A stretch of 12,748 bases of DNA from Candidatus Jordarchaeales archaeon (lineage in GTDB: Archaea > Asgardarchaeota > Jordiarchaeia > Jordiarchaeales > Freyrarchaeaceae), in the NCBI GenBank assembly GCA_038858525.1, contig JAWCFL010000016.1:30297-43044 (forward strand). The letters run 5' to 3'. Below the pieces are notes generated by a model. It was not told where the DNA came from. It did no database searches and saw only the letters and a list, made by a program, of their open reading frames with translations. Below are positions 7,484 through 12,748 of this stretch, piece by piece (the first letter of the stretch is position 1; the number at the start of each line of letters is the position of its first letter). Position numbers and translations under genes: made by a program.

Positions 7484-7559
7484 TGGCCCGCCACAGAGTG
7501 CACGGGGAGCAAAATGGCCAAGCGATGATCCATAGTGTCCTCCATGGCGGGCCACACTT
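7484..7559 (+). ncRNA. Box H/ACA pseudouridylation guide sRNA (single hairpin, K-turn)
   Basis: 9-bp P1 stem (7485-7493 / 7545-7553), bipartite pocket CAGAGU / CCUCCA, P2 GCAC/GUGU, K-turn GGGGAGC / GCGAUGAUCC, and ACA at 7554-7556, 15 nt from the top of the pocket. Confidence 0.82.
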
Positions 7560-7680
7560 AAGCCAAACAAGCTTCACAGTGATCCTTTCTGCTTCTTGAT
7601 TGGTTGTAGCGATAGCAAAGTAAATAAGGAAGAAAAACATAGTTAAGTCTCAAAATGGTTGAAGGGAGGAGAGCGTTCCC

Positions 7681-8022
7681 TTGAAAGCCGGAATAGTATT
7701 AGCTGGATTAATCGCCGTGATCGTAGCTGCAGTCTTGTTCTTTATGGCATACTCCCAGCAGCACCTTATATACAACGTGACAACAATGGTTGACCTTGGA
7801 ATACTACCTTCAACGATCACTCTCCCAACAATTTACGGGACAAACACCACGATGGATACTGTCATATGGGCGATAAAGGCGCAATATGGTGGCTTCTTCC
7901 TTAACAGCGTGCTTCCAACAGGCAACACGATCTACGTCTACTACTCAGACGTCATAGTAGCGGCGAGCCTCGTGCTGGGAATATTTGGTCTATACGCGAT
8001 AGCTAAAGGCGCTCAAACATAA
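7681..8022 (+). CDS. Small hypothetical membrane protein (2 TM helices flanking a Thr-rich loop)
   Basis: SD GGAGGAGAG 7 nt before the TTG. N- and C-terminal hydrophobic helices; N-x-T sequons (NVT, NTT) in the loop. Confidence 0.75.
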   Translation: MKAGIVLAGLIAVIVAAVLFFMAYSQQHLIYNVTTMVDLGILPSTITLPTIYGTNTTMDTVIWAIKAQYGGFFLNSVLPTGNTIYVYYSDVIVAASLVLGIFGLYAIAKGAQT

Positions 8023-8084
8023 AATAAACCTTCCATCTTCTACTTTTTCCTTGCTATATTTTTGAGCCTCAGTGTATAGTTCTA

Positions 8085-8099
8085 GAAAGCCTTTAAAGG
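8085..8099 (+). promoter_or_regulatory. BRE-TATA promoter of the ferredoxin-GGR operon
   Basis: GAAAG at 8085-8089 plus TTTAAA at 8092-8097, the latter inside the palindrome CCTTTAAAGG. Confidence 0.5.
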
Positions 8100-8151
8100 A
8101 ATTTTAGCATCATTGATTCTTACCGTTTAGCGCTCGGAGAGGTGTTCCTGC

Positions 8152-8325
8152 TTGAGAGTTAATGATGAGCTTTGTGGTGTTTGCTCTGGTTGTGCTTCCG
8201 TATGCCCCAGAGGAGCCATAAGTGTATCTGAGAGGGGGTTAACCGTTGACTCTAACCTGTGCAACAATTGCGGTGTTTGCGCGAGTGTGTGTCCCGTGGG
8301 CGCTATAACTGTTGAAACAAAGTAG
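8152..8325 (+). CDS. 2x[4Fe-4S] dicluster ferredoxin (57 aa), not in the ORF track
   Basis: Manual translation from TTG 8152 gives MRVNDELCGVCSGCASVCPRGAISVSERGLTVDSNLCNNCGVCASVCPVGAITVETK, with two CxxCxxCxxxCP motifs. SD GGAGAGGTG lies 7 nt upstream. Confidence 0.95.
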   Translation: MRVNDELCGVCSGCASVCPRGAISVSERGLTVDSNLCNNCGVCASVCPVGAITVETK

Positions 8326-8335
8326 TTGGAGGTGG

Positions 8336-9556
8336 ATGAGCTTGAATTACGACTTGGTTATTGTTGGGGCTGGACCCGGCGGCACGTCAACGGCAATCTC
8401 TGCTCTGAAGGCTGGCGGCAAGGTTATGATTCTCGACAGAAAAACCAACGTGGGTGTACCTGTTCAGTGTGGTGAAGCTATAGGAAAAACTGGCCCAAGT
8501 CTCGCCGAGATAGATGTCCCGAAAAGAGCCGTCTTGAACCCGATAAGGGGGTTCAAGATATTCAGTCCAAACTTGACGCCTGTGGTCTACGCTAAAAGCG
8601 AGGCTGAAGGGTACATTGTGGATAGGCGTGTCTTCGACAAGGAGCTACTTGCACGCGCCTGCGACCTTGGCGCCGACGTTATGGTGGGGGCGAACGTGGT
8701 TGACTTAATTTACGAGGACGGCAAGGTTTCAGGGGTTGTCGCCCGCTGCTTCGGGGAGAAGGTTGAAGTTCGGGGGGAAGTAGTAGTAGGGGCGGACGGC
8801 GTTAACAGCACTGTTGCCCGCATCTCAGGCCTAAGGAAGTTCATTAAGCCCCGCGACCTTGACACCAGCGCCCAGTTCGAGATGGTAGGTGTCAACATTG
8901 AAGACGTAGACCTCATGGAGTTCTACTTGGGTCGTAATGTTGCCCCGAGAGGTTACGTGTGGGTTTTCCCCAAAAGCGAGAATAGGGCTAACGTCGGCAT
9001 AGGGATTGGTGCAGGTATGGGCGAGAAGACTGCCTATGGGTACCTAATGGACTTCATAAAGAACAACCCGCGAGGAAAGGAGTTATGTAAAGATGCTAAG
9101 CCCATCGAGTTTAGGGTTGGAGCTATACCATTAGGGGGGCCCAACGCCAAGAACGTTGCTGACGGGCTCATGCTTGTCGGCGATGCTGCGGGACAGGTTC
9201 ACCCAATAACGGGGGGAGGCATAGGCTACGCTATGGTTTGTGGCAGCATAGCTGGAAAAGTTGCTGTTGAGTGCATAGAGAACGGCGACGTGAGCGAGAA
9301 GTCCCTTTCGAAGTATGAGTCTCTTTGGAGAGAGAAGTATGGACACGAGTTCAGTCAAATGTTAGCCCTCAGAAACCTTCTTGAGGAGACGGACGACGAA
9401 GTTCTGGACGACTTAGCGAAGATATTGACGGGCGAGAACGTTGTGGAGCTCACAGCAGGAAAGAAGATAGGCGTCGTTCTCAGGGCTGCGGCGAAGGGCA
9501 ACGTTAAGCTCATTAAGCTACTAAACGAGCTGAGGAAACTCCAGCTAATACAGTAG
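8336..9556 (+). CDS. Digeranylgeranylglycerophospholipid (geranylgeranyl) reductase family flavoprotein
   Basis: DLVIVGAGPGG FAD motif, PVQCGEA, DRRVFD, GYVWVFPK, VGDAAGQVHPITGGGI. SD GGAGGTG at 8328-8334 places the start at ATG 8336 or TTG 8342 rather than 8312. Confidence 0.92.
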   Translation: MSLNYDLVIVGAGPGGTSTAISALKAGGKVMILDRKTNVGVPVQCGEAIGKTGPSLAEIDVPKRAVLNPIRGFKIFSPNLTPVVYAKSEAEGYIVDRRVFDKELLARACDLGADVMVGANVVDLIYEDGKVSGVVARCFGEKVEVRGEVVVGADGVNSTVARISGLRKFIKPRDLDTSAQFEMVGVNIEDVDLMEFYLGRNVAPRGYVWVFPKSENRANVGIGIGAGMGEKTAYGYLMDFIKNNPRGKELCKDAKPIEFRVGAIPLGGPNAKNVADGLMLVGDAAGQVHPITGGGIGYAMVCGSIAGKVAVECIENGDVSEKSLSKYESLWREKYGHEFSQMLALRNLLEETDDEVLDDLAKILTGENVVELTAGKKIGVVLRAAAKGNVKLIKLLNELRKLQLIQ

Positions 9557-9568
9557 GAGGAAAAGTGT

Positions 9569-9895
9569 TTGACAGTCTCGTTCGAGGAATTCGCGAAAAT
9601 GGACATAAGAGTAGGCAGAGTAGTTGAAGCCGAAAGGGTGGCGGGAGCCAAAAAACTTGTTAAGGTTCTAGTTGACCTAGGAGAAGAAAAACCGAGGCAA
9701 GTTGTAGCCGGCATAGCCGAATATGTAAACCCTGAAAGTCTTCTGGGAAAAAACGTGGTTGTGCTCGCCAACCTGGAGCCGAAAAAGTTCATGGGATTGG
9801 AGTCTAGAGGAATGCTACTGGCAGCGGACGTCAACGGCAAACCAGTACTCTTAACAGTCGAAGAGTCTGTCCCCCCGGGAACCAGGGTCAGGTAA
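9569..9895 (+). CDS. Stand-alone tRNA-binding OB-fold protein (MetRS C-terminal domain / Trbp111 / CsaA family)
   Basis: SFEEFAKMDIRVGRV, RQVVAGIA and VVLANLEPKKFMGLESRGMLLAA signatures. Confidence 0.93.
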   Translation: MTVSFEEFAKMDIRVGRVVEAERVAGAKKLVKVLVDLGEEKPRQVVAGIAEYVNPESLLGKNVVVLANLEPKKFMGLESRGMLLAADVNGKPVLLTVEESVPPGTRVR

Positions 9896-9907
9896 CACGG
9901 TGAGCCC

Positions 9908-10555
9908 ATGAGTAAACTACGAACCTATGCCAATGAGTTCGGACCAATACTTATCCCCCTCCTTGTTTTCTCCGCTTTAAACCACGTTTTCAACACTGAG
10001 TTAAGCCTTCTCGCCCAGCCTGTTTACGGTTACAGTTTCTCTGGCAGACTAATAAGCGTCATCCAGCTCTCCTTCTCAGTGGCCTTCAATTACAAGCCCG
10101 TCCCGCCAGCCCCCCTCCTCCAGCAAGCATTTTTCTATGTATTTCAGCTTGACGTTAGGGTAATAGTGCTCCTCCTCTGGTTCTCCATAGGCTTCCTTTT
10201 CATGCTTGCCTCCGGCAATCCACGTGGCGTCTTCCAGTCATCCTCCCCTCTTCTCTTCTTCATGGTCTCTATCCTCCTTTGGGGTCTCAGCACCAGACAC
10301 CCCTACGCTTGGTTCCTCCTCACAGTTTTCCAAGCCAACCCTCTCCTGACGTGTGTCGCAGGGTATGTCTTAATTGTTCTAACGCTGGGTCTAAGCGCCT
10401 ATATATCTGAAATACTCCTAAATCTTAGGCGCAGGGTGGAGCCGGTAGAAGAGCAAACGGTAAGGGTATCATGTCCCAGGTGTAACGCGGAGTTTAGGTC
10501 TAACCCGGTATACTGTTCATTTTGTGGATTTCGCATCAAAAACACGGAAAATTGA
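9908..10555 (+). CDS. Membrane protein with a C-terminal zinc ribbon
   Basis: SD GGTGAG at 9899-9904. Multiple TM segments; C-terminal CPRC-x10-CSFC. Confidence 0.8.
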   Translation: MSKLRTYANEFGPILIPLLVFSALNHVFNTELSLLAQPVYGYSFSGRLISVIQLSFSVAFNYKPVPPAPLLQQAFFYVFQLDVRVIVLLLWFSIGFLFMLASGNPRGVFQSSSPLLFFMVSILLWGLSTRHPYAWFLLTVFQANPLLTCVAGYVLIVLTLGLSAYISEILLNLRRRVEPVEEQTVRVSCPRCNAEFRSNPVYCSFCGFRIKNTEN

Positions 10556-10674
10556 TGTTTTCATTATCGCATCTTGTTGCTTAATCATCCTTTATTCTCG
10601 AATTTTTCATTGAAATTTTCTTAATATTCATCAATTAATAATGTATATTCCTCAAAAAGTAGGAGAGTTTTATG

Positions 10675-10688
10675 GAAAAACTTATATA
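10675..10688 (+). promoter_or_regulatory. Strong BRE-TATA promoter
   Basis: GAAAAAC-TTATATA. The standard ~26-nt spacing predicts a TSS at about G10711. Confidence 0.65.
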
Positions 10689-10710
10689 CCTGTTTACGTC
10701 CTCATTTTTA

Positions 10711-10798
10711 GTGGCTGAGCCGTCTAATCTCTCCCCTCCTCCCAACACGCCCTCCTCCCCCTCCTTATTAATTCTTGTGAAAACGGCGATGAGGCCGC
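10711..10798 (+). ncRNA. K-turn-closed, CU-rich-loop structured RNA (stand-alone sRNA or 5' leader of the TrmB gene)
   Basis: GUGGCU-GA-GCCGU (10711-10723) pairs with ACGGC-GAU-GA-GGCCGC (10783-10798) as a complete K-turn. The ~59-nt pyrimidine-rich loop contains repeated CCUCCU. Confidence 0.65.
10734..10766 (+). repeat. CCCTCCTCCC direct repeat x2 plus a third CCTCCTT
   Basis: Copies at 10734-10743 and 10750-10759, with the partial copy at 10760-10766. Confidence 0.9.
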
Positions 10799-10810
10799 GC
10801 GTCTTCTTCA

Positions 10811-10823
10811 GAAAAGTTAATTA
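10811..10823 (+). promoter_or_regulatory. Possible second BRE-TATA directly upstream of the TrmB gene
   Basis: GAAAAG-TTAATTA predicts a TSS at ~10845. SD AGGTGAT is at 10859-10865. Confidence 0.4.
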
Positions 10824-10865
10824 CCTGCTAAAAACCTCATAATTATTAGTGTTTTCTTAGGTGAT

Positions 10866-12748
10866 ATGATGCCTCTTAAGCCTGTTTCGAAGGAGTTGCT
10901 GGGGAACTTTGGGCTTAGTGAAGGCGAGATCAACGTTTACTTGGCGGCGTTGTCCCTCGGCGAGTTCTCTGTTTATGACCTAGCGTGTCACCTGTTGCTT
11001 CCCGAGGAAGCAATTAAAGATGCTGTTGAGCAACTTGTGGAGCGTGGCTTCCTACGCAGGCTTCCAGCTTCAGTTGAGCGCTACGTTGCGCTCGAACCCT
11101 TCCTGGAGCTTTTCATCGAGCTTTACGAGCGGGCTGGAAGGGATCTGCACGCTCTCAGGGATGAATTATCGTCCTCCTTCGAGGAGGCTTCTAGGCGTCT
11201 CCGTGACCTTTCAAAAACCATTGTGGGTGGGGTTTCCGACGAGCTTAGCGGCGCCACTGAGGATGTGAGGCTTCTACTTGATTCCCTTGTCGGCGAGTAT
11301 AAGAAGATCGTGGAGGAGGGCGGGGATATTCTGAGAGGAGTTGTGGTTTCCGTTGAGGAGTTGTTGGGCTCCTTCCTCTCTACCTTTATGCTTAAAATGA
11401 GGGATGTTGAACGCTTTGAAGGAAACGCTATTCCTCTCTCTGAGATAATGCGCGAGTTCCTGAGGCGTGTCGATGAGGGCGTTCGCATAACCACCGATGC
11501 CCAACTCAAGCTTATAAGTGCCCTACAGAGTGAGGTTTCTAGGCGTCTTGATGGCCTCATGGTTCAGGTCAGGACAATGCTTGAAAATCACTATAAGTCT
11601 CACGTTAAATCAGTTGAGGAACTGGTGCAAGCTCTCGGGGAGATAATAGGGGGAGAAATGAAGCGGTTGAGAGAGTTCGTAGAGAAACAGGAGGTTGACT
11701 CGACCTGGCTGGTTGAGGGAATGACCGTCAGGGTTGGCGGTCTCATCCAATCCGCCGGGAGAAAGTTCACTCACCTGGTTACAGATGCCCTCCAGAGGGA
11801 GAGGGAGCTTGCCAAAGTCTTTCTTTCTAAGCTGGATGAACTGGTAGGCAAGGCTTCAGTTATTGCGAAGAATCTCGAGTCACTTAGCAGGACAAAGGGG
11901 TCAATACTCGAGAAGTTCAGCTCATCTAAGATCAGGACGGCTATGGAGGCTTGGTCGCGTGAAGTTTCAAGCTTAGCGGGCTCTTTACGTGAAACTTACA
12001 GCGAAATATTATCCATTGAGGAGGAACTAGTTAGGCGAGTTGAGGATGAGGTCGTAAGAAGCACTGTTAATGCTCTGGAAGAAGAACGCGAAAACCTCCA
12101 GAATGTACTCATGGGGATAAGGAAAGAAGTTGAAGAGAGGCTTAGCGTGCTCCCAGAGATTTTTGAGACCAAAATTACAAATGAGATAAACTCCTCTCTC
12201 TTGAGGAGCACGAGAGGATGCGAAGACGCCACGAACGCCATAATATCATTCATGTCCGACGAGTTTAAGGCTCTCGTCAAGAGTCTAGTATCCTCCCTTG
12301 CTTCATACGCTCAAGAGGTGTCGGAGCTCTTCGCCTCCTATGCTAAGGGAGCCATCGAAACCGTTAAGCTCGTTGAGTTCAGCGTGCTTGTCCTGCGCAG
12401 AAAGGCTTCCATGATCATGCAGGAAAAGGCATACGAGTATGACAGGAAGGGCGAAGCCCTGATAGAGAACGTGGAGAAGGTGAATCACGCAAAGCTGGCG
12501 GAAGTTAAAGGAAAAGTAGCTGCGAGAAGAGAAATCATCAATCAAAAGGTTGTACGCGAGCTTGATGGTGCGGCGAGTAGCATAGAAGAAGTTGTTGGGA
12601 AAGCTAGAAAAACAATGGAAAATGCAGCGCTCAAGATAAGGGAAGGCGTTGAGGTTTTAGAGGACATATGGCACCGCTCGCTCGACGTCACCCCCATATA
12701 CACTGGCACGTGGACCATTACAGGTAAGGACGCTATAGCCAAGCAGAT
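10866..12748 (+). CDS. TrmB-family regulator-like protein: N-terminal winged HTH, ~500-aa helical/coiled-coil insert, start of a TrmB C-terminal-like domain (3' truncated by the window)
   Basis: Manual translation is open from ATG 10866 (or 10869) to the window end, at least 627 codons. The N-terminus LGNFGLSEGEINVYLAALSLGEFSVYDLA...LVERGFL...RYVALEP is TrmB-HTH-like, and the tail TWTITGKDAI resembles the start of the TrmB effector domain. The track omits it because no stop codon falls inside the window. Confidence 0.88.
   Translation, partial: MMPLKPVSKELLGNFGLSEGEINVYLAALSLGEFSVYDLACHLLLPEEAIKDAVEQLVERGFLRRLPASVERYVALEPFLELFIELYERAGRDLHALRDELSSSFEEASRRLRDLSKTIVGGVSDELSGATEDVRLLLDSLVGEYKKIVEEGGDILRGVVVSVEELLGSFLSTFMLKMRDVERFEGNAIPLSEIMREFLRRVDEGVRITTDAQLKLISALQSEVSRRLDGLMVQVRTMLENHYKSHVKSVEELVQALGEIIGGEMKRLREFVEKQEVDSTWLVEGMTVRVGGLIQSAGRKFTHLVTDALQRERELAKVFLSKLDELVGKASVIAKNLESLSRTKGSILEKFSSSKIRTAMEAWSREVSSLAGSLRETYSEILSIEEELVRRVEDEVVRSTVNALEEERENLQNVLMGIRKEVEERLSVLPEIFETKITNEINSSLLRSTRGCEDATNAIISFMSDEFKALVKSLVSSLASYAQEVSELFASYAKGAIETVKLVEFSVLVLRRKASMIMQEKAYEYDRKGEALIENVEKVNHAKLAEVKGKVAARREIINQKVVRELDGAASSIEEVVGKARKTMENAALKIREGVEVLEDIWHRSLDVTPIYTGTWTITGKDAIAKQ

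Noticed and set aside
7484-7554. Interpretation as a box C/D sRNA or tRNA
   Set aside because: No terminal RUGAUGA/CUGA pair on either strand and no cloverleaf or T-loop.
7561-7605. Possible second hairpin after the ACA box (AGCCAA/UUGGUU, CAAG/CUUG)
   Set aside because: No tandem GA K-turn or K-loop and no trailing ACA, so it is not called as a second H/ACA unit.
7293-7640. 115-aa minus-strand ORF across the H/ACA locus
   Set aside because: Overlaps the TIM-barrel gene, has no motif, and the region is better explained by the structured RNA.
79-12742. Numerous 60-184 aa ORFs in the track antisense to or overlapping real genes (e.g. 485-820, 3147-3650, 9355-9909, 11123-11560, 11996-12280)
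   Set aside because: Shadow ORFs of well-supported genes. Ser/Leu/Pro-rich composition, no motifs and no SD.

Overview
Archaeal chromosomal window with strong GGAGG/GGTGA Shine-Dalgarno sites, BRE-TATA promoters and archaeal lipid genes. The gene types are suggestive of an Asgard/TACK thermophile; that assignment is inference only. Coding content: several hypothetical membrane proteins, a stand-alone Fe-S-binding-type protein, a tubby/LURP-one-like protein, the iorAB indolepyruvate:ferredoxin oxidoreductase operon (minus strand), a Nudix/IDI-like hydrolase and a TIM-barrel protein. These are followed by a ferredoxin - geranylgeranyl reductase - tRNA-binding domain - zinc-ribbon membrane protein operon, and a TrmB-type HTH protein with a ~500-aa helical insert that runs off the window end. 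The ferredoxin and the TrmB protein are both missing from the ORF track. The most interesting signals are in the intergenic spacers. (1) A single-hairpin H/ACA guide RNA at 7484-7559 has its own promoter, a Kt-7-like K-turn and an ACA box, and its pocket matches 23S rRNA helix 69 (U1911 equivalent). (2) An unusual ~90-nt RNA at 10711-10798 is closed by a K-turn and displays repeated CCUCCUCCC anti-SD-like motifs in a large loop. (3) A weaker promoter-hairpin-U-tract sRNA candidate lies at 6421-6496. No tRNA, rRNA, CRISPR array or mobile element was seen.
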